Below are positions 19,138-29,660 of a stretch of 64,000 nt of DNA, one piece after another (positions within the stretch are counted from its first letter, which is position 1; each line of letters opens with the position of its first letter). Under the pieces are notes generated by a model that had not been told where the DNA came from, did no database searches, and worked only from the letters and a program-made list of their open reading frames with translations. Position numbers and translations under genes: made by a program. This DNA comes from a virus (lineage: Duplodnaviria > Caudoviricetes). The DNA lies in the IMG/VR virus record IMGVR_UViG_3300020577_014401, positions 1-64,000 of that record, one strand, 5' to 3'.

Positions 19138-19529
19138 GCGATAACAAGAAGACCTCGGCCGAGTTGTTCGCCGAAGCTGAATCGCTGCGGAAGCAGGCCG
19201 ACACTGTGGCCGCTGCTGCGATGCAATTGAAGCGGCAAGAGTTGACCGCCACTGAATTGGCGAGTCGGCTGGTCTATTCGGCGTACACGCGTTGCCCGTG
19301 TGGCGCCGGTCTCGCCTACGACCCGGCCTGCGAGGATCCGAACAGTCCGTTCAAAGGACCGTTTTCCGGGTACTGGGACTGCTCGGAAATCCTTCTCGGC
19401 ACGGCCGACCGGACCAAGAAGCACACGGACAAGCTGCCGTTCGCGTTCTACGAGATCAAGAGCGAAGAGCAGCCTTCCTCCCAAGGCGCCACCACCCGCC
19501 CGAAACCCGCTCAGGAGCCGCCCAAGTGA
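19134..19529 (+). CDS. hypothetical protein with Cys motif
   Basis: GTGA overlap; RCPCGAGLAY...YWDCS. Confidence 0.6.
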   Translation: MSDNKKTSAELFAEAESLRKQADTVAAAAMQLKRQELTATELASRLVYSAYTRCPCGAGLAYDPACEDPNSPFKGPFSGYWDCSEILLGTADRTKKHTDKLPFAFYEIKSEEQPSSQGATTRPKPAQEPPK

Positions 19530-19777
19530 AATATCAACTACGACCGGCCGTCGTCGAAGCCGTCCGATTCGAAGGCGGCGTGTCGTCGATCTTCGACGTT
19601 CTCGACTTCATGGAAGCCAAGGGCGGTGTCGACCAAGGCGGCGACCTGAAGATCCAGACCCCGGAAGGCGAGCTGGCCGTCGAAGTCGGCGACTGGATCG
19701 TCAAGTTCTCCAGAAACCGGTTCTGTCGGGTCAAGGACGACGTGTTCCAGAAGATTTGCGAAACCGCCGCCGACTGA
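19526..19777 (+). CDS. small conserved phage protein
   Basis: VVEAVRF...TPEG...GDWIVK...VKDDVF motif common in phages. Confidence 0.7.
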   Translation: MKYQLRPAVVEAVRFEGGVSSIFDVLDFMEAKGGVDQGGDLKIQTPEGELAVEVGDWIVKFSRNRFCRVKDDVFQKICETAAD

Positions 19778-19794
19778 CCGATATCCGGATATCC

Positions 19795-21249
19795 ATGCCA
19801 CTCATCACCTACTACACCACCGCCAGCGGGCCGGGCTACACCGCCTCGCAAGCCGTCCCGGCGAAAAGCCTCGGCGGTTTCGTTTCCAAGACGCTCTGGG
19901 GCGGCGGCGTCCAAGGCGACCTTTTCGGCATCGCGTCCGCCGCGAATGTGCAAGACGCCCGGGCGGATTTCCGGGCCGTGTACGTTCACAATCACAGCGA
20001 AACCGACACGCATGCCGGAGTCCGGGTTTACGCGACCCCCGGGACGGACGGAGCAGCTGGCATTTCACTCGGCGCCGACCCCATGCCGTCGAGCTACCTG
20101 GACGCCTTGTCCCAGCAAGGGGTCGACGTTTCGACGATCTACTCGCCTCCGGCCGGCGTGGTCTTCTCGGCCCCGTCCGACTACGCCGGGGGAGCCGATC
20201 TCGGGGATCTTCCCCCGACGGCCGGACACATGCTCTGGATCCGCCGGGTGCCGCTCGGGTCGTCCGGGTCGCCGAGCGACTACACCGATTTGACGATCGA
20301 GGACGCCAACGGCTACTCGATCATCCGTCGCATTTACTGGGAGACCTCACCCTACGCCGACACTACTCGTCAGGACAGCCCGGTCCCGAATGCCGATCCG
20401 ACTCCGTCACCGTTCCGGCTGGTCCAGGTGGACTACCTGACTGCGGGAGGCTCTCGAATCACCTGGGTGCTCGACCGTTCGATCGCCGACAACGGTCCGT
20501 ATGTGTTTCAGCTGCAGTACAGCCGGTCCGGGATCGCATCGGAATCCGATTGGTCCGACGTCGGGCCGCCGGTCCAGGACGCACTCTACCTGCTCGACCC
20601 GAGTCAACGACTCTGGGGGGCCCCGCTCTCAAACGCGAACTACCGAATCATCCTCACCACCGGGGACAACCACTACACATCCGACCCGACGCCGGCCATC
20701 GGTACGCTCGACATCCGCGGCTGGGCCGAGGTCGGTGAAGTGCTCCGCAAAGAACGGATGATGCTGCGGCAGTTCGTCGGCGAAGACGGTTTCCTGCTCA
20801 AGGCCAAGCGGTACGGCACGCTGTGCTCATGCACCGATCCGGACAGCCGCGAGGTCAACAACTCGTCCTGCCCGATCTGCTACGGCACCAAGTTCGTCGG
20901 CGGCTACTACGCACCGATTCCGATGACGTACGCCAACACCACGAACGCCAGCATTTACGAGATGGTCAAGTACAACGAGGGTGTCGGCACCACCCGCCCC
21001 AACCGCATCTTCGGCAGGGTGTTGGGAGACGCGCTCATCGAAAGCCGCGACGTGTGGGTCAGCAAGGGCGAGGACCGCCGGTACTACGTCCACAACGTCG
21101 ACACGATCGCCCAACTCCGCGGGGTCGACATTCTGAAACGAATTGAACTTCGGGAAGCCCCGCGTTCCGATGTGATCCACACGATCAAACTGGTCCGACC
21201 GGAAGTCCCGAAAGAGGACTGGCAGAAACTCGAAATCGTGGATGTGTGA
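19795..21249 (+). CDS. neck/head-closure protein with Zn-binding motif
   Basis: CSC...SCPICYGTKFVGGYY; lies upstream of the tail terminator. Confidence 0.6.
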   Translation: MPLITYYTTASGPGYTASQAVPAKSLGGFVSKTLWGGGVQGDLFGIASAANVQDARADFRAVYVHNHSETDTHAGVRVYATPGTDGAAGISLGADPMPSSYLDALSQQGVDVSTIYSPPAGVVFSAPSDYAGGADLGDLPPTAGHMLWIRRVPLGSSGSPSDYTDLTIEDANGYSIIRRIYWETSPYADTTRQDSPVPNADPTPSPFRLVQVDYLTAGGSRITWVLDRSIADNGPYVFQLQYSRSGIASESDWSDVGPPVQDALYLLDPSQRLWGAPLSNANYRIILTTGDNHYTSDPTPAIGTLDIRGWAEVGEVLRKERMMLRQFVGEDGFLLKAKRYGTLCSCTDPDSREVNNSSCPICYGTKFVGGYYAPIPMTYANTTNASIYEMVKYNEGVGTTRPNRIFGRVLGDALIESRDVWVSKGEDRRYYVHNVDTIAQLRGVDILKRIELREAPRSDVIHTIKLVRPEVPKEDWQKLEIVDV

Positions 21250-21944
21250 CCATGGACCCAGTCGACGCGTACGATCTTCCTCCGCCACGACCCGGCGCCG
21301 CCCCGAAGTTGGACACGTCGTCGGCCGGCGCCAACATCCAGCCGCGTCCCAGCAACGGCCCGCAGTGGTCGTTGCTGACGCCGGCGTTCATCCGCATCCT
21401 CCAGTACCACTTCGGAGACGCTTCCAGGATCGAGGACCCGTACTTGGTCGGCCGTGTGTGGACCAACCAGCCCAGTTCCCCGATCGTCATCACGTCGTTG
21501 GCTGAATGGAAGCCGGACCAATCCAACCAGCGTCCGGCTTTGCTGGTCGACCGGCTTCAGCAAATGCGGGATCCGTCCAAGAACCTCATCGGCGGCGGCC
21601 AATTCCAGGGTGTTCGTCCGGACAACTACGCTTTGTTCATGGTCGGATCCCACGTCATCCATGTCGTCGGCGGCCGGGAGGGGGAGGCTGACGTCCTCGC
21701 GAAGGAAGTCGGACGGGAACTGAGCCGATTCGCCAACATCCTGGCCCCGAAACTCTGCCTCAACCGGCTGCGGTACCAGGAAACCGGCAAACGGACGGAG
21801 CTGACGGAGCACAAGCAAATTTACACGGTCCCCGTCATCATGACCTACGAATACATGGAGCAATGGCGGGTCACTCGAGACGACGAAGCGGCCGTGAACT
21901 CGATTATTTCGGGCATCACCATCAATAGCGGGTGGGGTACGTAA
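21246..21944 (+). CDS. putative tail terminator/completion protein
   Basis: Synteny before the sheath; 232 aa. Confidence 0.5.
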   Translation: MTMDPVDAYDLPPPRPGAAPKLDTSSAGANIQPRPSNGPQWSLLTPAFIRILQYHFGDASRIEDPYLVGRVWTNQPSSPIVITSLAEWKPDQSNQRPALLVDRLQQMRDPSKNLIGGGQFQGVRPDNYALFMVGSHVIHVVGGREGEADVLAKEVGRELSRFANILAPKLCLNRLRYQETGKRTELTEHKQIYTVPVIMTYEYMEQWRVTRDDEAAVNSIISGITINSGWGT

Positions 21945-22019
21945 CTTTGCACTTCCGTCGAGTGGTGGAAATCCGCTAAACTCGCCAGCCGAGAACCGCA
22001 CGATCGAGGCCTCACGACC

Positions 22020-24818
22020 ATGCCCATTTCCGTGCTATCCGCCGCCGACGCCGTGGCCAGGGCCAACACCGCGAACCGTAGCTTCTACACCGGTCTCCGG
22101 GCAACCCTGATCGGCCCCCGTGCCGGCCTTCACCGATTCTCGGTCGAGAGCGAGCGCGCCCTGCTCGGCGAGTACGCTTTCGCCGACGCCATGGACGTTG
22201 TCTACCCCGACAAGGCCGCCGACTCGACGGTCGACCTGTCATCGGTGCTGCTCTACGCCAACGACGCCCGCCTCAACTACTTCAACAAGTACATCTCCGT
22301 CGGTGGCAGCTGTGTTCCGTCGGAAACCTACCCGAACCGGGTTCGGGCCGCGAACTACATCTTCAAAACCGCCAACGGCTATGATCGTTCGTCGGATTTC
22401 AAGGATCGTGATGTCAAGATCGGCGATGTGGTGGTGGTCCGCCGCAGCGGTACGTCGGTGACCACGTCCGTCGCCGGTTTCGTCGGCGAACCGGTGGCGT
22501 CCACCCGGTCGGCGGCGACCGCGGACGACAACAACGCCGTCACCCAAAGCGCCAGCGACTCGATCACGCAGGTCGCCGGAACGCCGATCAACGATGTGGT
22601 CGCCACCGTGGACGGTTCCGGCTACGACTCCACCGACGACGGGTACATCACCAGGACGTACACGGTCACGGTGACCCAGTCGTCTTCCGGGGGCGACGCC
22701 ACGACCGCCCTTCTCCGGGTGCGATCGGCGGACGGCCTCGACGACCAGGACAACGTCGTTCCGTCGGCGTTCGGCGACGCGACCGCCATCGGGACCAAGG
22801 GCCTGGAAGTCACCTGGTCGATCAACCCGTCCAACTCCTCGGCCTCCCTGTTCGGGATCGACGAGGACGATTTCGTGATCGGCCAGCAGTGGACCGTGGA
22901 AGTGTCGCAGGCCTTCACGGCGCCGACCGCCACGTCCGGCGGCACGTACACCGGTGACACCGACGACACGCTCATCGTCACCGTGTCCCGCGGCGGCTCC
23001 TACGCCGGCGGGACCAAGCCGCAAATCACCGTCACGACCGCGAACGGCTCCGATCACTCCGGGCCGACCAATGTGACTGCGGCCGCCACTCCGGTGTCGG
23101 TCGGCAACTACGACGTCACGATCCAGTTCAACCAGACCGCGCTCCGCAAGGGCGACACGTACTACATCACGGTGGAGGCGGCGGCTGAAGCCCAGATCCG
23201 GACCATCATCACCGCCGACGACATCCCCGAATCTCTCCGCGGCCAAGAGGTCGATCTGCGTCTGTTCGTGGACAGGGATGCCATTCAGATTTCCAAGAAC
23301 CGTGAGCTGCCGACCGAAGCCGCCAACTGGTCGTGCGACTCGGACTCGGTGGCTGTTGAGGCCGGCATCTACCTGACCGACTCCGAGTTCACGGACGGCG
23401 GGGAACTGTACGCCATCCCGCTCGACACCGCCACGCTGTACGTGCAGTACCGCGAATGGTTGACCGATGACGCGGCGAATGTCATCCTGATCAACGACCC
23501 GGCCAACATCGAGGCTCTTCTCGGACCCGTCGACGTCACCAACCCGATCGCCCAGGCGGCTTCGCTCGCCTTGGCGAATACGTCCGGCGAGCTCCTTTCC
23601 GATCCGACGAAGCCGGCGGCCAACACCACGGACATGGTGGTGTGCATCCCGATCGGCGGCGATCCGGCCGACATCGACCTGTGGACAGCTGCATTCGAGA
23701 CCATCGAGGACGACAACCGGGCATACGACATCGTGGTGCTCTCGACCGACGACGCGGTCCGGGATATCGCGGTGGCGCATGTCGCCGCCCAAAGCGAAGA
23801 CACATCCGGGTACTACCGGAATGTGTGGCTCGCTGCTTCGATCGACGAGACCGGTGTTGTCGTGTCGGCGGCCACCTCGAGCGACCAGGCGGTCGTCACA
23901 GCGACGATCACCGCCGATCCCGACGCCAGTCCGGCGGCGTACACGATCATCACGGCCTCTTCGAACGCCGGATTCTCCGACAAAGCCGTCCGCCAGGGCG
24001 ACAAGCTGCGGATCAACTTCGGTGTCGACGCTGACGGTAACGAGACCTACGACCAGTACACGGTCAGCGCTGTGATTTCCAACACGACGTTGCGGCTCGC
24101 GACCGGTCCGACGGGCGTGGTCAGCCCGGCTCGCCGCATCGAAGTCTGGCGTACGTTCACCAAGGCCGAGTTGGTCGCCACATTGATCGCCAAGGCGGCG
24201 ACCTACGCGTCCGAACGAGTCCGGTACGTGTGGCCGGATCGCGCGGCGTTCGGCGGCACGACTTACGAGGGGTACCTGGTCTGCGCCGCGCTGGCGGGCC
24301 TGGCTGGCAGCGTGCCCAGCCAACAGGGGCTCCGCAATGTCGGTCTGGCCGGCATCGACGACGCCACTCGGACCAGCCGGTTCTTCACCGGAGCGAAGAT
24401 CCGCGAACTTCGCGAAGGCGGGGTGTTCGTCGTCTCGGAGACCTCGGAAGGCGGGGTCTATATCGCTTCGGCCTCCACCACGGACATTTCGTCGGTGGAG
24501 ACCCGTGAAGAGATGGTGGTGCGAAACGGCGACATGCTCCGGAAAGCCATCCAGTCGGCCTGGGACCCCTACGTCGGCAGCGGCAACGTCGTCAGCAACC
24601 TCCGGCAACTGCTGGAAGGGGCCATGGCGTCGCTCACCGCCTCCCTCAAGCAGGCGAACTGGTCGATCCCGCTCGGGCCCCCGGTGGCGGACATCCGGAT
24701 CGATTCGATTGACCCGGTCGAAGGGGCCCCTGACGAAGTTGATGTGAGCGTCGCTGTGGCCGGGGTCCCTGCTCCGCTCAACCAGATCCGAGTCCGACTG
24801 CCGGTTTCCATCGGCTGA
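22020..24818 (+). CDS. contractile tail sheath protein (932 aa)
   Basis: Size; C-terminal CAALAGL...PSQQGLRN...GGVFVV...TREEMVVRNGD...PAPLNQI sheath pattern. Confidence 0.8.
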   Translation: MPISVLSAADAVARANTANRSFYTGLRATLIGPRAGLHRFSVESERALLGEYAFADAMDVVYPDKAADSTVDLSSVLLYANDARLNYFNKYISVGGSCVPSETYPNRVRAANYIFKTANGYDRSSDFKDRDVKIGDVVVVRRSGTSVTTSVAGFVGEPVASTRSAATADDNNAVTQSASDSITQVAGTPINDVVATVDGSGYDSTDDGYITRTYTVTVTQSSSGGDATTALLRVRSADGLDDQDNVVPSAFGDATAIGTKGLEVTWSINPSNSSASLFGIDEDDFVIGQQWTVEVSQAFTAPTATSGGTYTGDTDDTLIVTVSRGGSYAGGTKPQITVTTANGSDHSGPTNVTAAATPVSVGNYDVTIQFNQTALRKGDTYYITVEAAAEAQIRTIITADDIPESLRGQEVDLRLFVDRDAIQISKNRELPTEAANWSCDSDSVAVEAGIYLTDSEFTDGGELYAIPLDTATLYVQYREWLTDDAANVILINDPANIEALLGPVDVTNPIAQAASLALANTSGELLSDPTKPAANTTDMVVCIPIGGDPADIDLWTAAFETIEDDNRAYDIVVLSTDDAVRDIAVAHVAAQSEDTSGYYRNVWLAASIDETGVVVSAATSSDQAVVTATITADPDASPAAYTIITASSNAGFSDKAVRQGDKLRINFGVDADGNETYDQYTVSAVISNTTLRLATGPTGVVSPARRIEVWRTFTKAELVATLIAKAATYASERVRYVWPDRAAFGGTTYEGYLVCAALAGLAGSVPSQQGLRNVGLAGIDDATRTSRFFTGAKIRELREGGVFVVSETSEGGVYIASASTTDISSVETREEMVVRNGDMLRKAIQSAWDPYVGSGNVVSNLRQLLEGAMASLTASLKQANWSIPLGPPVADIRIDSIDPVEGAPDEVDVSVAVAGVPAPLNQIRVRLPVSIG

Positions 24819-24840
24819 TTCAATACTGAAGGGGCTTCTC

Positions 24841-25554
24841 ATGGACATGTTCGGACGCGTCGACCAGGTGCTCAACGGCGGGTTGAGCAGCGACGCCCTT
24901 TTCATGACGTGGCCGGAACTTGCCGGGGCCGGTGGCGGTCTCGGCATGCTCGTCCAGCGCGTCGGACTCGATTACTCGCAGAACATCCGCCGCATCTTCG
25001 AACTCGGGCCCGGTCTCGTGCCGGTCGGCGGGGGCGTGTACGCTAACGGGTTTGTGTGCGACGGGCCGGCCCCTCCTGTCAATTGCCAATGGCGGACGCA
25101 GCCGACTTACTACATCGTCAGCCGGCCCGAAGGCACCATGCAAGTGAACCGGTTCGTGGGGGTCAACGTCATCGCCGAGTGCTTTTACCGTGTGTACGGC
25201 AGCCCGTGCGGTTCGAATGTGATCACCATGACCGGCCGGGCCGGGTGTAACGCCGGTGCGGTGGACTCCCCGATGCTGACCTGGGTCATGAACGGTGTCG
25301 TCGTGAACCGGTACAATGCCGACATCACTGCGCAGGAGAGCGTGATCCAAGAAGGATTCTCGGCGATGTTCGCCGGGCTGAACATCTGGATCAACGGCCA
25401 AGACCTGCCGTGTTTCGGGGCCGCCGGTGTCGGCGCCGTTCTCGGCGGAGTCGGTGGTGCCGCTGGTGGGGTCGGCGGTGCCGGTGTCGAGGCCGTCGTC
25501 GGTGGCGCCGCGAAGGGCGGGACACTCACAGCGACCCCGGTGGCCAGCTTCTGA
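24841..25554 (+). CDS. tail tube protein
   Basis: Follows sheath; LVQRVGLDYSQNIRRIFELG motif; Gly-rich tail. Confidence 0.7.
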   Translation: MDMFGRVDQVLNGGLSSDALFMTWPELAGAGGGLGMLVQRVGLDYSQNIRRIFELGPGLVPVGGGVYANGFVCDGPAPPVNCQWRTQPTYYIVSRPEGTMQVNRFVGVNVIAECFYRVYGSPCGSNVITMTGRAGCNAGAVDSPMLTWVMNGVVVNRYNADITAQESVIQEGFSAMFAGLNIWINGQDLPCFGAAGVGAVLGGVGGAAGGVGGAGVEAVVGGAAKGGTLTATPVASF

Positions 25555-25579
25555 GACCTAGCAGCAGGACCGACCAATC

Positions 25580-28500
25580 GTGTTCAACGACGGCCGTTCG
25601 CTCGCCAACTCGCGGCGGCTCGACATCCTCTTCGCCGGGCTTTCGGGCCCGGCGTCCGCTTCCGGCAACCCCTATCTGGCCTCTTGGCTCAACGTCCTTT
25701 CCCCCGACCGTACGACGCCGCAGATCGAATCCGGCGTCATTGTCGACGTCCTGCCGGGCGGCCGTGCTTACCGGGTCTCGGCCGGCGCTCGATCGTTTCT
25801 GTGGTGCTCTGACGGCGGGACGACGGCGGGTTACGGTAAGATCGGTGCTCGCCCACTGACCACGTACGCCATCGGAACTCCGGTCTGGTTCATCCGCCAC
25901 CCTCAGACTCCGAACATCGGCACGATCATCGCCGCGGAGCCGCCTTGGATGCTCGGGTCGCCGGAGCAATGGCCGGCCGACGGCATCTGGCCGTTCATCC
26001 GATCGGGTCAGAAGTCCGAGACTTCGCACATTTGGCCGGTTTGGGAGGACAGCCGTGTCGCCGATCTCGGTGATGTGAAACTGAAGAACCTGGACATCGT
26101 CGACTTCTCGGCCGGGCGGCCGATCGACGCCACCGGGGCCGGGGAATGGGGCGCCATGACCGAGACCGGTCTTGGCGTCTTCATGGACTCGTTCCAGGTC
26201 TACCTCCGTGTCGATGAAACGACCGGTGTGTTCGGCTCTTACCAAGACCAGATGCTGTTGGTGGCCGGTCACAACTTCCAGTTCATGTCGTCCCACACCG
26301 AGCACGAGGAGTTCGAGGACGAAGGCGAACTGGCCGGTTTCACACGAACGTGTGTCTACCCGTGGGAGGCGTACGGCGTTTGGAGGCACAACCAAGTCAC
26401 CCCCGGCTGGGCGATGTCGGAGATCCCCCGGTACGGCTGGGCGTCCGGACAGGGGACGATCCCAAACGACCCGATCGACGTTCAAGCAGCGTCCGGGTAC
26501 GCCGTTCGCGAACCGGAAGGCGCCAAAGCCCTCCCGGCCGCGAGGATCTACGACTGGAGCGGGTATCTCGGCCAAGGCGGCAAGAAGCAGATCGCCGCCC
26601 CTGTCCAATTGTCATGGGCCTACCCGGACGTCCCGAGCGACGCCCGTTTGTCACAAGTGACAGCGGACACTGACCCGGAAAACCGGGTTCCCGGCGGCCG
26701 ATTGTTGTTCGAAGGGGCCGCCGGTCAGCTCACCAAAGTCGGGGTCGTCAAGGACGGCGCCTGGGACGCGGCCAACAAGGTCTACACTCCGGCCGACGGA
26801 GCCATCGCTGTCACGGCCGGGATGTGGGTGTCCCTTTACACCACCGGGCAGCCGCACTCGTCCAACGGCTGGATCGGGCAGGTCAAGGAGTCGTCGTCCG
26901 GGGCGACCATCGTATTCGAAGATGACGTGTTCCAGGGTGACATTCCTCCGTCAGCCGCCAGTGGCATCGCAGCGATCGTGTGGGCGGCGACGATCCAATA
27001 TCTGGTCCCGGTCAACGAGCGTGGCGACTCCGCCGACAAGCGGGTTCAGCCCGGGGTTTTCGAGGAGCAGAAGACGCTCGGTGGCCGGTTCGCAATGCGA
27101 GCCGCCGGCGGCATCTTCTTTTCAAAGCGCTCGGTCATTCCGAGTCCGAAACCCAATCGGAAGGCCGCGGACCCCGCAGGCGACAACCCGCAGAACTACG
27201 ATGCCAGCGGTCTCAACGCTGCCGGAGCCGTTACCCACAATGTCACTGGCGACTTGGCGTTCCCTGGCGGCCCCGCCCACCGGATGGCGGCCCTGCCGGA
27301 CACGCTCGCCTACTTGTTCAACTGGGAGGGTCTTCACCCGTTCGTGTACCACGATCGTGACTGGACGGTCGCCGAAGAGAGCGACGCCGGCAGCACCCTG
27401 GTGAACCAAAAGGCGCCAAGCTACGCGGACATCGAGATCGAGGATTACCTGGCGGCACCGTCGCCCAACTACCTCGACATCGACCACCGCTACGGACTGG
27501 TCCCGGTCTACGAGAACCAGTCTGATTTCGCCATGTTCGAAGACGGATCCATCGTCCTCTCGGACGGGTGGGGCTCGGAAATCCGGATGGGCGGCGGCAA
27601 CATCGAGTTCCACTGCGTCGGTGATATCCGGATATTCAACGGCCGTGACGTGATCGTCTGGTCCGGCCACGACATTGCGCTCAAGGCCCAGAATTCGATG
27701 GACCTGGTCGCCGAACGAGCCGACTTCCGGACCCACGCCGGTCGAAACAGCCAGCACTTGGCCGGCAACCGCGGCTGCGGCGGCTTCTTGTTCCAGACCA
27801 ACGCCGTGTGCCCCAGCTACTCGTTCTGCGGCAAACTGGGCGAAGACGTCACCGGGTCCGGTTTTGTCGTGCTCACCCCGAATTCCCAGGTCTGGATGCA
27901 CGGCCAGGACGTGGTCCTTTCACTCGAGCCGACTCACCCGGACGGGCGTATCGTTCTCGCCGCCGGCCAAGACCGGGAAATCCATTCGACAGCCAAGAGG
28001 TTCATCACCCGCCTTCCGGAGGGCGGGACGGTGGCGCATCTGTTCGGCACCGCCTACGCCAACGAGTTCGGCGGAGAGTACACGATCATCGGCGGCAAAC
28101 TTTATGTGACCAACGGGGTGCGGGCGACCACCGTGGCCGCGGACGCGACGGCGGCCCAACGAATCACGTACGTTTCGACCGTCTACGCCGCCGATTTCGA
28201 CGCCACGCACTTCAACCCGGACGGGTCGGAATGTGCCGAGTATTCCGCTCGCACTGCGAAGCAGTATCTGTCGAGCAAGTTCACCTACTGGAAGTCCAAG
28301 TGGAAGGTCATCGCCGAAGGCGATGACCAGGAACTGCAACTGTGGGACGAGGAGCCGGTTGTCGGGTTGCGATCGTACGAAGTGACCCGACCTCACCCCG
28401 GCGAGCGGTGGGAGGCGGTCGGCGGCCAGAAGAGCCATTCCTGGTTGTTGTCCGACCCGACGGACAATTGGTTGGCCAAGTCGAGGCTCACCTACCGAAC

Positions 28501-28939
28501 CACGTACGAGTTCCCGGATTTCGCTTCCCCCGGCCAATTGGCGCTTTCGACCGGTTACAAGATTCCGTTCTTGCGGTCGGACGGCGGACCGCCGACCCCG
28601 ATTGCTCCGGCCGAAGCGTGCGGCTATACGTTCGAAACCGGAGCTGGCGAGTCGATCACCGTCGTGGTCCCGGACGGCCCGTGGGCCGGCGTTTACGTCT
28701 GCGACCAGGTCGCGACCGAGGGCATCTCCCTCCGGGGCACCAGAGTCAGCGACCCGCTCCACGAGTGCGAGATCGCGTTCACGACGACAGCGGGCTGGAG
28801 TCTGACGTTCAGTGACAACTCAGGCCCCCTGCCTGTGATTTTCGCGAACACATCGACATGCGACCCGAGTTTCTCGGCCGAGTTTACCGGAACACTCGCC
28901 GGCAGCGACGGGCCGATCACCGCGGCCGAGACGAGTTGA
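25580..28939 (+). CDS. baseplate central spike/VgrG-like protein (1119 aa)
   Basis: N-terminal OB-like region, beta-helix repeats (DGSIVLSDGWGSEIRMGGGNIEF...), Cys-containing C-terminal domain. Confidence 0.6.
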   Translation: MFNDGRSLANSRRLDILFAGLSGPASASGNPYLASWLNVLSPDRTTPQIESGVIVDVLPGGRAYRVSAGARSFLWCSDGGTTAGYGKIGARPLTTYAIGTPVWFIRHPQTPNIGTIIAAEPPWMLGSPEQWPADGIWPFIRSGQKSETSHIWPVWEDSRVADLGDVKLKNLDIVDFSAGRPIDATGAGEWGAMTETGLGVFMDSFQVYLRVDETTGVFGSYQDQMLLVAGHNFQFMSSHTEHEEFEDEGELAGFTRTCVYPWEAYGVWRHNQVTPGWAMSEIPRYGWASGQGTIPNDPIDVQAASGYAVREPEGAKALPAARIYDWSGYLGQGGKKQIAAPVQLSWAYPDVPSDARLSQVTADTDPENRVPGGRLLFEGAAGQLTKVGVVKDGAWDAANKVYTPADGAIAVTAGMWVSLYTTGQPHSSNGWIGQVKESSSGATIVFEDDVFQGDIPPSAASGIAAIVWAATIQYLVPVNERGDSADKRVQPGVFEEQKTLGGRFAMRAAGGIFFSKRSVIPSPKPNRKAADPAGDNPQNYDASGLNAAGAVTHNVTGDLAFPGGPAHRMAALPDTLAYLFNWEGLHPFVYHDRDWTVAEESDAGSTLVNQKAPSYADIEIEDYLAAPSPNYLDIDHRYGLVPVYENQSDFAMFEDGSIVLSDGWGSEIRMGGGNIEFHCVGDIRIFNGRDVIVWSGHDIALKAQNSMDLVAERADFRTHAGRNSQHLAGNRGCGGFLFQTNAVCPSYSFCGKLGEDVTGSGFVVLTPNSQVWMHGQDVVLSLEPTHPDGRIVLAAGQDREIHSTAKRFITRLPEGGTVAHLFGTAYANEFGGEYTIIGGKLYVTNGVRATTVAADATAAQRITYVSTVYAADFDATHFNPDGSECAEYSARTAKQYLSSKFTYWKSKWKVIAEGDDQELQLWDEEPVVGLRSYEVTRPHPGERWEAVGGQKSHSWLLSDPTDNWLAKSRLTYRTTYEFPDFASPGQLALSTGYKIPFLRSDGGPPTPIAPAEACGYTFETGAGESITVVVPDGPWAGVYVCDQVATEGISLRGTRVSDPLHECEIAFTTTAGWSLTFSDNSGPLPVIFANTSTCDPSFSAEFTGTLAGSDGPITAAETS

Positions 28940-28973
28940 TAGAACAGAAACAGCTTTCACCAGGAGCCAAAAC

Positions 28974-29660
28974 ATGCAATCCAAACCGGTGGACTTGTCC
29001 CAGTCGCCACTCCCGCCGGGGGTGTTCCCGCAGAAGAAACCCGACTCCGCCAAGCCTCCGGCCCCGGCTGCGACGCCGCCCGCCGCGGCGGCGCCTGAAA
29101 GTCAGCCCGCTCCGGCCAAATCGGTTTGCCGGAAATGCGGAGCCGATCCGGCGGCCGACCCTGATCAGATCAACCCCGAGGACCTCGTTGCGTTCACGAA
29201 ATCGGTGTGGAAGGACGAGCCGTTCACCAAGACGTACCGGTTGTTCGGCGACGCCGTGAAGGTGACGTTTCGGAGCATCACGGCCGACGAGATCGAAGCG
29301 ACGCAACGCACTGTGATCGCCGAAGCGTCCAAGAGCGACCAATCGGTCGGTATCCTCGGTATGTTCTCCCTCGGCGAACGTGGAGAAGAATTGCAACTGG
29401 CGTGTTCCATCGAGAATCTGTCGATCGGTGACAGGTCCTACCAGCGGCCGGCAACTCGAAAACCCCCGCTCGACACGCTGGCGGACATCCGGGCTGTGAC
29501 CGGCGGCAATGTCGCCTACCAAGCGATTCGAACCGTGTGGAGGGAGTTCTACTCGTTGGTCCAGCGGCTGATCGCGGCCGGGTCGAACCCGTCTTTCTGG
29601 GGAGCAACCCGGTCGTCTGGTCAATCGCAAAGCTCGCCGACCACGGCGACGCAGAGCTGA
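28974..29660 (+). CDS. tail assembly chaperone
   Basis: AGGAG SD; FTKTYRLFGDAVKVTFRSITADE; upstream of tape measure. Confidence 0.6.
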   Translation: MQSKPVDLSQSPLPPGVFPQKKPDSAKPPAPAATPPAAAAPESQPAPAKSVCRKCGADPAADPDQINPEDLVAFTKSVWKDEPFTKTYRLFGDAVKVTFRSITADEIEATQRTVIAEASKSDQSVGILGMFSLGERGEELQLACSIENLSIGDRSYQRPATRKPPLDTLADIRAVTGGNVAYQAIRTVWREFYSLVQRLIAAGSNPSFWGATRSSGQSQSSPTTATQS

